From Candidatus Aenigmatarchaeota archaeon (lineage in GTDB: Archaea > Aenigmatarchaeota > Aenigmatarchaeia > GW2011-AR5 > JAGGXF01), in assembly GCA_021157845.1 (NCBI GenBank), contig JAGGVU010000013.1, forward strand, positions 11,192 through 75,191: 64,000 bases of DNA, read 5' to 3'. How positions within the stretch are numbered: position 1 is the first letter of the stretch; every line of letters starts with the position of its first letter. The position numbers and the translations under genes are program-made. The notes below the pieces were generated by a model. The model worked only from the letters and a program-made list of their open reading frames with translations, did not search any database and was not told the origin of the DNA. Shown piece after piece: positions 45,216 to 54,023 of the stretch.

Positions 45216-46258
45216 CGGTGTGCATATTTTTTAACATCTATGCCACGTAACTCCAGCCATTGCCTCGTTCTACCGGTTATAATAAGCGGTCTCTGCTTTA
45301 ATGACACTATATTGCTAGAGCCAACCAATGCCATAGATATTTTTAACTCCTCTTCTATCTTTTTTATTTTTTCTAAAACATGTTCTTTAGTTTTTATAGC
45401 TGGTTGTAAAAAGGGTAATGCCAGCCCAGCCAAAGACGCGCCAAGTGCCAAAGATTTGGCTACGTCTATACCACTACGCAAACCACCAGAAGAAATAATC
45501 GGTAATTTTACATAATTGAGACATTCAATTAATGATACGGCTGTCGGTATCCCCCAATTTTCAAACGTTTTTCCGTGGATACCGCCTCTATAATATTCAA
45601 CCAGTGACCAGCTCGTTCCGCCATGACCTGCTACATCAATAGCAGATACTCCGGCCTTTTCAAGCTGCGAGGCAGTTTCTCTGCTTATACCTGCTCCAGT
45701 TTCTTTTGCAATGATTGCTATACTTTTGGAAAGCTCTCTGATTTTTTCCAAAATTGATGAAAAGTCTTTATCCCCCTCTTTCTGCACCAATTCTTGCAGG
45801 GGGTTTAGGTGGATTGCCAGAACATCGGCATCTATCATGTCTATAAGTGATTTTATTTTGTCTGTATCATATTTTTTCAATTGTGCCATGCCTATATTTC
45901 CAATTAAAAATATATCTGGCGCAACATCTCTCACCTTATATGTTTCCTCTAACGCTTTATCATCTAATGCTGCGCGCTGCGAACCAATTCCCATTGCTAT
46001 GCCAGACTGCTGTGCGGCCCACGCAAGGTTTTTATTTATTTTTTTTGCTTTCTCAGTTCCGCCTGTTAAAGCTTCTATAAGAATCGGTGCATTTAGTTTC
46101 TTTCCTAGAAAACTTGTTGTTATATCTACATCATCATAATTCAGCTCAGGTAAAGAATTGTGAACAAAAAAAATATCCTCAAATCCTGTCTGTCCCGATT
46201 CAACATTTTTTTTCAAACATATATTTATATGATCTTCTTTTCGGCTCTTAATAGACAT
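45212..46258 (-). CDS. fni: isopentenyl-diphosphate delta-isomerase, type 2 (FMN-dependent)
   Basis: RKEDHINICL N-terminus, TIM-barrel FMN motifs (ETGAG, SGGLRSG). Confidence 0.85.
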   Translation of the reverse strand: MSIKSRKEDHINICLKKNVESGQTGFEDIFFVHNSLPELNYDDVDITTSFLGKKLNAPILIEALTGGTEKAKKINKNLAWAAQQSGIAMGIGSQRAALDDKALEETYKVRDVAPDIFLIGNIGMAQLKKYDTDKIKSLIDMIDADVLAIHLNPLQELVQKEGDKDFSSILEKIRELSKSIAIIAKETGAGISRETASQLEKAGVSAIDVAGHGGTSWSLVEYYRGGIHGKTFENWGIPTAVSLIECLNYVKLPIISSGGLRSGIDVAKSLALGASLAGLALPFLQPAIKTKEHVLEKIKKIEEELKISMALVGSSNIVSLKQRPLIITGRTRQWLELRGIDVKKYAHR

Positions 46259-46267
46259 AATAAAAAG

Positions 46268-46576
46268 TTATTTTAAATGTATAAATAAATATTCTGTCAA
46301 ACCATCTCTTTCTCCTGTTGGCTCAAATCCATTTTTAAGATAAAAATTAATAGAATCTTCAGTCGCCTGCACAGTTACCTCAGCTATGCCCATTTTCTTC
46401 AATAATTCTAAAGCTTCTTTAAGCGCTGCTGAACCATAACCCTGGTTACGATTTTTTTCATCTATCCAAATATCATAAAGGACTGTTCCGTGGGAACGAA
46501 ACTCTATCCTCCCTACCTTTTTGTTTTCATCAAGGATATCAAACCTTAGCCTATCCGCCTCTTTCAAATATATCAT
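46268..46576 (-). CDS. GNAT-family N-acetyltransferase
   Basis: NRNQGYGSAALKEALELLKK acetyl-CoA binding motif. Confidence 0.7.
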   Translation of the reverse strand: MIYLKEADRLRFDILDENKKVGRIEFRSHGTVLYDIWIDEKNRNQGYGSAALKEALELLKKMGIAEVTVQATEDSINFYLKNGFEPTGERDGLTEYLFIHLK

Positions 46577-46615
46577 AGATATCAGAACAAGAGAAAAATA
46601 TTTAAAACTGCGGTT

Positions 46616-47437
46616 TTAAAATTCAACAACTGTTCCAGTGACTTGTTTCCCAAGGAGGGCGTTTTTTATTCTTCCTTGTTTTAGGCCATTTAATATTACG
46701 CATTTTGTTCCTTCTTTTGCTATGTTAGCCAATTCCATAACCTTGCCAAGCATGCCTGATGTCACATCTGTATGAGAAGACCCTGAAAGGTAATTCTTAA
46801 CTTGGGTAAGATTTTCATTCGTAATTTTTTCAATTAATTTTGCATTTTTATCCTCTTTCGGATTTGCTGTGAATATTCCATCAACATCTGTAGCGTGTAT
46901 AATGCTGTCTGCACCCAAGTTTTTTGCAAGAAATGGCGCTATTTGATCACCTGATAAAATTGAGCACTTCTGCTCCGAATCGTATGCAGGAACGCCGTAA
47001 AGGACAGGCACAAGACCAATATCAACAAATCCCTTTATTACAGACGTATCCATCGAAATAAGTTTTCCATTTTTCATAATAGCTGTAGCAGAAGCTTGAA
47101 CTGGGATTGCCGGAACTCCTTTTTTTATAAGCTCTCCTGTTACTATTGTATTTAGCTCATTCTGAAGCCGCTGCGTTTCAGCGAAATCAACTAATTGTTT
47201 ATTATTAGAGATTCCCATGTGAATGCCTGTTCTCTTAACTATAGGATGGCCGTATGAACCAGCGCCATGCAATATTATCAATTTTTTATCCATCTTTTTG
47301 TAAGCTTCAGCTATTTCTGTCGTTATCCTGTCTAACTGCTCATAGTTGACCTTAGGCTCATCAGATGACTTTTCCGTTATTATGCTCCCACCTATTTTTA
47401 GTATTATCATGAAACCACCAATTATTTTATTTGACAA
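46616..47437 (-). CDS. isopentenyl phosphate kinase (amino-acid kinase family)
   Basis: LKIGGSIIT, HGAGSYGH, and a C-terminal amino-acid-kinase fold. The start may be the internal MIILKIGG at 47410. Confidence 0.75.
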   Translation of the reverse strand: MSNKIIGGFMIILKIGGSIITEKSSDEPKVNYEQLDRITTEIAEAYKKMDKKLIILHGAGSYGHPIVKRTGIHMGISNNKQLVDFAETQRLQNELNTIVTGELIKKGVPAIPVQASATAIMKNGKLISMDTSVIKGFVDIGLVPVLYGVPAYDSEQKCSILSGDQIAPFLAKNLGADSIIHATDVDGIFTANPKEDKNAKLIEKITNENLTQVKNYLSGSSHTDVTSGMLGKVMELANIAKEGTKCVILNGLKQGRIKNALLGKQVTGTVVEF

Positions 47438-47449
47438 AAATAATAAAAA

Positions 47450-47619
47450 TGCGCCTGGGCAGAATCGAACTGCCGATCTCCGCCATTCTTAGAATCATGT
47501 TTACACCAAAGCTTTTTCCTAAAAAGGCTCATGTGAGGGCGGTGTCATACCATTTTCCCCATCTTGCTCTTACACTAATCCTTTTCTAACGCTTTTTAAA
47601 AGGGTTAGACCACAGGCGC
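47450..47619 (-). tRNA. tRNA-Val(CAC) with two predicted introns (D-loop, anticodon loop)
   Basis: Reverse complement: GCGCCTG-TG-GTCTAA[~52 nt]TGGTATGAC-A-CCGCC-CTCACA[~46 nt]T-GGCGG-AGATC-GGCAG-TTCGATT-CTGCC-CAGGCGC-A. Confidence 0.7.
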
Positions 47620-48270
47620 TTTTCCAATAAATGTTCCAACTTTCTTTCCTTTTAAAATATCCAGAATTACCTTAGGATTTTTTCCATTACACACAATTGT
47701 CGGAATTTCATTTTTAGATATAATTTCTATTGCCTTATAATCCAAAACACCATAATTGTTTGGATGTGGCTTTATTTTTTCTTTCATCAGATGAGTAAAA
47801 GGTATGAAATCCATTTTTTTAGCATGCTTATATTTTCTTGGGTCTTTTGTGTAAATACCATCTACATTTGTCAGTTTTATGAACAAATCTGCTCCAATTT
47901 TACTGGCAGCCATGGCAGCATCCGCGTCTGTACTTATTCCTGGTCTTGATGCCCCAACTACTTGTATTCTTTTTCTTCTCGTAAGCGAGTTTAAATCTAT
48001 ACAAGGCGCAACACCAATTGCAAAAGCCAAAAATTTATTATTTGCATTTACCAAGTCAACAAATATCTCCTCTTTTTCTTTGTTTGAAAGTTTGAAGTTT
48101 TTTATCAATTTTTCATAACTTCTTGTTAATCTCCCGCCCCCAACACATAAAATCAGCTTATTAGTTTTTGATAAATTTCTTAAAACAGAAATAAGCTTCC
48201 TGAAATATACCTCTTTTGGTCCGTCTTTACCTACGCAAAGAGACCCGCCTACTTTTATAACAATATGCAT
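47605..48270 (-). CDS. pyrH: uridylate (UMP) kinase, archaeal type
   Basis: IKVGGSL, GGG, and STDADAAMAA...NVDGIYTKDP amino-acid-kinase motifs at a length typical of archaeal PyrH. Confidence 0.7.
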   Translation of the reverse strand: MHIVIKVGGSLCVGKDGPKEVYFRKLISVLRNLSKTNKLILCVGGGRLTRSYEKLIKNFKLSNKEKEEIFVDLVNANNKFLAFAIGVAPCIDLNSLTRRKRIQVVGASRPGISTDADAAMAASKIGADLFIKLTNVDGIYTKDPRKYKHAKKMDFIPFTHLMKEKIKPHPNNYGVLDYKAIEIISKNEIPTIVCNGKNPKVILDILKGKKVGTFIGKAPVV

Positions 48271-48355
48271 AATTAAACTATAATGTTGTAAATATAAAAT
48301 CTTTGCTATACAAAAAATAACTATATTTTTAAACTTTACTACAGATTTTTATTTA

Positions 48356-49471
48356 GTGTTTGATATGAAATTTATAATCGATATCAGCAATTATAATGGA
48401 AAAAACGAGAGAATAACTGGATTTAAGAAGATGCACGATGCCTCGCTGAATATACCAACACCAATAAAAATTCTAACACACGAAGGATTTTTATACTTTA
48501 AAAAATATGGCATGAAAGAAGAACTGAAAAATGAGATAAAAGATGTATTTAAAGAGATAAAAACAAAAAATCCCAAAAAAGGAGTCGCTGTAAGACGAGC
48601 TTATTTTGTTCCGGGGTTAGAAAATCCACCAGGTCCACGCTCTTCTGCTGTAGAGGATTTAAAAACAGCAATAGAAAATGTGAAGAAAATATTAAAATTT
48701 GCAATAGAAAACAAATTTGACAAGAAAGGTTCTGAAATAGAAGTTTTTTTTCACCCGTTCATAAATCCAAAAATACCTTCTAGTGGCGGATGCGTAACCC
48801 CAAATGAAAATTACATACTAATAGAAGCAATATATGGAAATGACGAATCAGTTCAAAGCTTTCCGCACGACAAATATAAGATTGATATCGAGAAAAAGGA
48901 AATTTTGAATAAAAAGGTGGAAAAAAAGGAGAAAACTCTTTCCGCAACAGGAACCGAATACAGAGAAGTAGACATACCAAAAAAATTACAAACCAAACAA
49001 GTTCTAACAGACGAGCAAATAATAAAGATAGCGGAAATGTGGAAAAAATTAAGTCTTTTATTTGGACCCCATAGGCTAGAATTTGACATAATTGACAATA
49101 AAATATTTTTCATAGAGTGCACCGCCTTTAAATCAGAAAAGTTAGAGAAAAAATACAGAAAAATGACAAAAGGTTACATAAAGAGAATAAAAACTGATTC
49201 TGATATAAATAATATACGTGGATGTAAAATAATTTTTATAGACCCAGAAGTGATAAGAAAACGAAAAATGGGAATTTTAACAAAATTGGCCTGTACGCTA
49301 CCAAAAAATACAACCATTCTTTTTCCTGGTTCGGCAACTACTGCCCACGCTTCTATAATATTCAGAGAAATGGGACATAATTTAATATACACAGGAAATA
49401 GGGTCTTTAAAGATGGAGAAAAGGTGCGTATAGAGGATAAAGAGGAACCGCGGGTTTTTAAAGATGATTGA
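48356..49471 (+). CDS. PPDK_N-like ATP-grasp domain fused to a PEP-utiliser (phosphohistidine swivel) domain
   Basis: The central region resembles the PEP synthase/PPDK nucleotide-binding domain. The C-terminal PGSATTAHASIIFREMGHNLIYTG resembles the mobile His domain. Confidence 0.55.
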   Translation: MFDMKFIIDISNYNGKNERITGFKKMHDASLNIPTPIKILTHEGFLYFKKYGMKEELKNEIKDVFKEIKTKNPKKGVAVRRAYFVPGLENPPGPRSSAVEDLKTAIENVKKILKFAIENKFDKKGSEIEVFFHPFINPKIPSSGGCVTPNENYILIEAIYGNDESVQSFPHDKYKIDIEKKEILNKKVEKKEKTLSATGTEYREVDIPKKLQTKQVLTDEQIIKIAEMWKKLSLLFGPHRLEFDIIDNKIFFIECTAFKSEKLEKKYRKMTKGYIKRIKTDSDINNIRGCKIIFIDPEVIRKRKMGILTKLACTLPKNTTILFPGSATTAHASIIFREMGHNLIYTGNRVFKDGEKVRIEDKEEPRVFKDD

Positions 49472-50336
49472 TTTTGGAAGAGAATTGATCAACTTAAACG
49501 ATACTAATTTAATAGATAAAAACACAATTGGGCCAAAGGCATATAGGCTTGCTGAGCTTAAAAATATTGGTCTAAATGTTCCGAATGCTTTCTTCATTTC
49601 TAGTGTAGTTTTTGATGAATTTATTTTGCAAAGTGAAGAGCTTCAAGAGCTTATAACAAAGCTCATAAAATCAGAAGATTTGGAAGATAGGCTAAAAATC
49701 GCAGATGAAGTTAAAAAAAATATAATGAAGGTGGAATTTCCCGAAAAGATGAGAATAAAGATAATTCAAAAATTTGAAGAAAATAAATTTTCTAAAGTTT
49801 CTGTTCGGTCCGCTGCTTTATGTGAAGATACAAAAAATCTTTCATTTGCCGGTCAATTCAAAACATTTTTGAATGTGGAAAAGGAGCAGATTATTGAAAG
49901 TATTAAGAAATGCTGGGCATCCCTCTTCTCTAAACAAGTCATGCTTTACGCATATTATAATAATATTGATTTTCACGAATTAAAAATGTCTGTAATTATA
50001 CAAGAAATGATACAGGCTGAAAAGGCAGGTGTGATGTTTACAAAAAATATCAAGAATGGAAATATAAATGAATTATTAATTGAATTTTCCAATGGTTTAT
50101 GTGAAAATATAGTATCTGGAATTGTAAATCCAAGTATCATAATAATAGAAAAGAAGAGCGGAAGGATATTGCAAAAAAAACTCATAAATAAAAATTCTAT
50201 ATCAGATAAAGAAATAAAACTGATATATGAAGCTGGGTTAAAAATAGAAAAAAATTACGGATCGCCGCAGGATATAGAATGGTCTATTCTAAGCAATAAG
50301 CTTTTTATACTGCAAACAAGGCCAATAACAACCTAA
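49464..50336 (+). CDS. PEP synthase/pyruvate phosphate dikinase N-terminal (PPDK_N) domain protein
   Basis: GPKAYRLAELKNIGLNVPNAF, VRSAALCEDTKNLSFAGQ, and DIEWSI...LFILQTRPIT at the C-terminus. Confidence 0.7.
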   Translation: MIDFGRELINLNDTNLIDKNTIGPKAYRLAELKNIGLNVPNAFFISSVVFDEFILQSEELQELITKLIKSEDLEDRLKIADEVKKNIMKVEFPEKMRIKIIQKFEENKFSKVSVRSAALCEDTKNLSFAGQFKTFLNVEKEQIIESIKKCWASLFSKQVMLYAYYNNIDFHELKMSVIIQEMIQAEKAGVMFTKNIKNGNINELLIEFSNGLCENIVSGIVNPSIIIIEKKSGRILQKKLINKNSISDKEIKLIYEAGLKIEKNYGSPQDIEWSILSNKLFILQTRPITT

Positions 50337-50453
50337 TGATATTGGTCGTATTATGAACTTATACGGTGAATAAACTCTTCCGTCGAACATAAAATTCTTT
50401 AGAAATGAACTAACAAAAAGATAAAAATAAAAAAAACGGGTTAGTGCGCCCAA

Positions 50454-50546
50454 CTACTTTCTCTTTTTCTTCTTTTTTGTTTTTTTCTTTGCTTTTTTCT
50501 TTGTTTTTTTCTTTGCTTTTTTCTTAGCCTTTTTCTTCTTGGCCAT
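50454..50546 (-). CDS. candidate 30-aa poly-lysine peptide (MAKKKKAKKKAKKKTKKKAKKKTKKKKKRK)
   Basis: An ATG lies 6 nt downstream of AAGGAGTGA and the frame is open to a TAG. It is not in the track (under 60 aa) and could also be a non-coding purine-rich tract. Confidence 0.35.
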   Translation of the reverse strand: MAKKKKAKKKAKKKTKKKAKKKTKKKKKRK

Positions 50547-50694
50547 TTTATATCACTCCTTGAAAATTTTTTAAATAATCTAATTCAATAGTGTACTTTA
50601 CTAGTATATATAATTTTCTGTTATTTGATTTTGAAAAATTATAAGAGAACTAACTCGAAAATTTATTAATTTCAATAAAAATTTTGAATTAAAA

Positions 50695-50868
50695 TGGGCC
50701 CGGCGAGATTTGAACTCACGCTCTCCAGTTAGCTCAGCCATTTCAGGCAGGTCAAATTTGTGCCTGAAAGTCGTATAAGACTGGCGCTTTAATTGCCCAA
50801 ACTTTTCTTTTCCATTGAAGCTTTTCTTTTTGAAAAAGAAAAGGTTCACCAGGCTAAGCTACGGGCCC
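50695..50868 (-). tRNA. tRNA-Ile(UAU) with two predicted introns (D-loop, anticodon loop)
   Basis: Reverse complement: GGGCCCG-TA-GCTTAGCCTGG[~57 nt]TAAAGC-G-CCAGT-CTTATA[~43 nt]A-ACTGG-AGAGC-GTGAG-TTCAAAT-CTCGC-CGGGCCC-A. Confidence 0.65.
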
Positions 50869-50929
50869 AATTTTCATGAATAGTTTAGAGTGAAATGTTT
50901 TAAAGGTTTTTATAATAGTAGTTATATTA

Positions 50930-51823
50930 ATGCTAGTAAAAAATATTTTAGAGCAAAAAATAATAAAGATGTTTGAGGATTATAATTTTTCTACATTTAT
51001 TTATCATGGTTGTTTTGATATAGCTGCAAAAAAAAGAAAAATGCTCTTTGTAAAGATATTAAAAAATATAGATGCACTTCAAGAAGAGCATGCCCTAAAC
51101 TTAAAAATACTTGCGAAAAATTTTGATGCATTTCCTCTGCTAGTTGGTATGCAAACAAACAGAGAAAAAATAAAAAATAATCTTGTATATAGCAGATTTG
51201 GCATTTATACGGTAAATCCAGAAACACTGGAAAATATAATCTCATCAAAGTTTCCAAAGGTATTTAGATATAAAGGTGGCCTTTTTGTAAATATAGATTC
51301 TAAAAAATTAAGAAAGGCTAGAAAAAGAAAAAAGTTAACTCAAAAAGAGCTTGGAGAAAAGATAAATGTAACAAAAAAATGCATATACGAGCACGAACAT
51401 AAAGATATCAAAATATATTATCAGCTTGCGAAAAAGCTAGAAAATATTCTTGATAAACGCATTATCAAGCCAATAAAACCGGAGTCTCATTTGATTATCA
51501 AACCACTAGAGCATTTTGCACAAAAGAGTATGTTTGAGAGAATGGTAATAAAAGAATTCAAACGAATCGGTTTTGAAACTTCAGCTGTTGATAAAAGTCC
51601 ATTTGATATATTTGCTGAAAGGGGTGAAAAAATCCTTACAAGTGTTGAAGAAAAAAATCTGCGTAATTTAGAGAAGCTTCTTAAATTCTCTGAATTTTCT
51701 AATTCCCATCCTCTTCTTGTAAGAAAGAAAAAAACAGAGTGCTGCGTAAAATGTATAGAAAAAAAAGAACTTGAAAAGTTTGAAAGCTCAGAAGAACTGA
51801 TAGAATTTCTTAAAGAGGTGTAA
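50930..51823 (+). CDS. archaeal HTH (XRE-type) transcriptional regulator, COG1395-like
   Basis: Central KLTQKELGEKINVTKKCIYEHE helix-turn-helix within a ~300-aa archaeal-type architecture. Confidence 0.55.
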   Translation: MLVKNILEQKIIKMFEDYNFSTFIYHGCFDIAAKKRKMLFVKILKNIDALQEEHALNLKILAKNFDAFPLLVGMQTNREKIKNNLVYSRFGIYTVNPETLENIISSKFPKVFRYKGGLFVNIDSKKLRKARKRKKLTQKELGEKINVTKKCIYEHEHKDIKIYYQLAKKLENILDKRIIKPIKPESHLIIKPLEHFAQKSMFERMVIKEFKRIGFETSAVDKSPFDIFAERGEKILTSVEEKNLRNLEKLLKFSEFSNSHPLLVRKKKTECCVKCIEKKELEKFESSEELIEFLKEV

Positions 51824-51825
51824 TT

Positions 51826-52884
51826 ATGTTTGAAAAAGAAATTATGTCATTAAAAAACATAAAGCAAACAATACTAAAAAAAATGAAAAGCAGAAAAGCA
51901 ATCATAAAGAGCCTGAATAAAAAGATATCTTATCTTAGTAATTTAGATAAAAATTTAAAAAAAATTACACCTGAAAAAATCAAACTTAACAAAGATATGC
52001 TCTTCAAGTTTGAAAACCTGTTGCCATTGACAAAAGAATATTGGTGGTTATGGTTTATATCAGAAGAAAAACAGCTTGTTCTCACATTTGGCCGGAATTA
52101 TAGCAATTTTAAGGTAAATAAAAAGCTTGTAAAAAAGTCTTCTGGTTCTGCAAAACAATGTTTTGTTGTTGGCTGGTTCTTCGATAAGAAAAAAACGAGA
52201 GTATTCAACTGCACTAAAAAGTTTATTGTTGGGAAAAACTTTGTAAAATCAGTAGATGGTGAAATAATTATAAAAGGCGAATATCCGAATTTTGATATAA
52301 AAATATCAAAAAAATCTAGGATATTATTTTCTGGCAAATTAAGAAAGCATAAATATGGGTATAAACTAGAAAGATATTCCAAAGCCATGTTTCATTATGA
52401 TATTTTGAATGTATATTCTAACTTTTATGGAAAATTAAACAATAAGAAACTAAGCGGATTTATAAATCTGCAAAAGGTTATTATCCGAACCCCATTTGTT
52501 CCGTGGAACTGGTGCAGAATTAGGTGTAAAAATGGAAGCATAAACTTTTTTATACCCTATATAAATATTTCAAATATTAAGCAAATTCTTTCTTCTAATA
52601 TAAAAATAACAATAGGAAAAAAACTTTTCAGGTTTAAAAACGTTGATATAATTAAGACCGCCAACAATATGCGATGGGTGATAAAAGCAAAAAACCTATT
52701 TATAGTTTTGGAGTCATATGAAAAAGAAAAATTTGAACTACAAAACATAGGAAGACATTTTTATATAGAATATCTTGTTAAGGTTAAAGACTTTTATCTT
52801 AAAAAGGGAGAAAAAATATATACCATGAAGGACATCGGACAAGGATACGGGATGCTGGAAGATGCATTTGGATATGTAATATGA
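51826..52884 (+). CDS. hypothetical protein
   Basis: 352-aa ORF that starts 3 nt after the regulator's stop. No recognised motif. Confidence 0.45.
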   Translation: MFEKEIMSLKNIKQTILKKMKSRKAIIKSLNKKISYLSNLDKNLKKITPEKIKLNKDMLFKFENLLPLTKEYWWLWFISEEKQLVLTFGRNYSNFKVNKKLVKKSSGSAKQCFVVGWFFDKKKTRVFNCTKKFIVGKNFVKSVDGEIIIKGEYPNFDIKISKKSRILFSGKLRKHKYGYKLERYSKAMFHYDILNVYSNFYGKLNNKKLSGFINLQKVIIRTPFVPWNWCRIRCKNGSINFFIPYINISNIKQILSSNIKITIGKKLFRFKNVDIIKTANNMRWVIKAKNLFIVLESYEKEKFELQNIGRHFYIEYLVKVKDFYLKKGEKIYTMKDIGQGYGMLEDAFGYVI

Positions 52885-52972
52885 TATCAGAGTTAAAATT
52901 ATACAATAGCAGCGATTAGTTCACTTAACATAATAATTAAATAGTTATATCCTCTATATAACTGGTGATAAC

Positions 52973-53905
52973 ATGATTAAAATATTCAAAAAGAATAAAG
53001 CAAGAGTTTATGAGCTAAAAAAAATAAGTAATGGCAGCTGGATATCTTTAATAAATCCAACAGAAGAAGAAATAGAATATATATCAAAAAAATTAAAAGT
53101 ACCAAAAGATTTTTTAACAAGTGTCCTTGACGAAGATGAAAAGCCAAGAATAGAGAAAGAGGATGGCGTGACTTTAGTGGTTTTTAGAGTTCCTTACAAA
53201 AAATATATTTCAAATAAATTAAAAATAACAACACTGCCCATAGGCATAATAATAACTAAGAAAAATATAATTACTATTTGCCTGAAAGAAAATAAAATAA
53301 TTGATGACTTTACAGAAGGAAAAATAAAACTGTTTTCTGTAGATAAGCGTATAAGATTCACATTGCAAATACTGGCGCGCGCAAACCATTACTTTATAAA
53401 ATATTTAAATGATATAGAGAAAGAAATAAATAAAACAGAAAAAAGCCTGATGAAATCGCTGAGAAATAAAGAGATTATTTCTTTGTTACAGCTAGAAAAA
53501 ATTCTTGTTTATTTCAATACCTCCACAGTAGGAAATGATAATGTACTGGAAAAAATTTCAAAAGGAAAAATTATTAACCTAGCTGAAGAGGATGAAGATA
53601 TTTTAGAAGATATAATAATAGAAACCCGACAAGCAATTTTGATGAGTAAAATCTTTAGTAATATTCTTAGCAGCACCATGGATGCATATACATCTGTTAT
53701 ATCAAATAACCTGAATATAGTTATGAAGTTTTTGGCATCAATTACGATAATACTTTCTATACCAACAATAGTGGCCAGTATTTATGGAATGAATGTCAAG
53801 CTACCACTACAGACAAACCCGCATGCATTTTTTATAACACTATTAATATCACTCATACTTTCTGGTTCACTTGCATACATTTTTGCAAAGAAGAACTGGT
53901 TATAA
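52973..53905 (+). CDS. corA: CorA-family magnesium transporter
   Basis: YGMNV (GMN) motif followed by two C-terminal TM helices. Confidence 0.85.
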   Translation: MIKIFKKNKARVYELKKISNGSWISLINPTEEEIEYISKKLKVPKDFLTSVLDEDEKPRIEKEDGVTLVVFRVPYKKYISNKLKITTLPIGIIITKKNIITICLKENKIIDDFTEGKIKLFSVDKRIRFTLQILARANHYFIKYLNDIEKEINKTEKSLMKSLRNKEIISLLQLEKILVYFNTSTVGNDNVLEKISKGKIINLAEEDEDILEDIIIETRQAILMSKIFSNILSSTMDAYTSVISNNLNIVMKFLASITIILSIPTIVASIYGMNVKLPLQTNPHAFFITLLISLILSGSLAYIFAKKNWL

Positions 53906-54012
53906 ATTCTTCGTAAAATTACGTAATCTGATGGTAGTATCACAAAAACCAATAGATTTAAATATACTTCTATGCACATAAATTCTTGTAACTATAATTA
54001 GCAATAAATAAT

Positions 54013-54019
54013 GGGGTGA
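54013..54019 (+). promoter_or_regulatory. Shine-Dalgarno-like GGGGTGA upstream of the thermosome gene
   Basis: GGGGTGA lies 4 nt upstream of the ATG at 54024. An A/T-rich TTTAAATATA box lies about 60 nt upstream. Confidence 0.5.
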
Positions 54020-54023
54020 TAAA

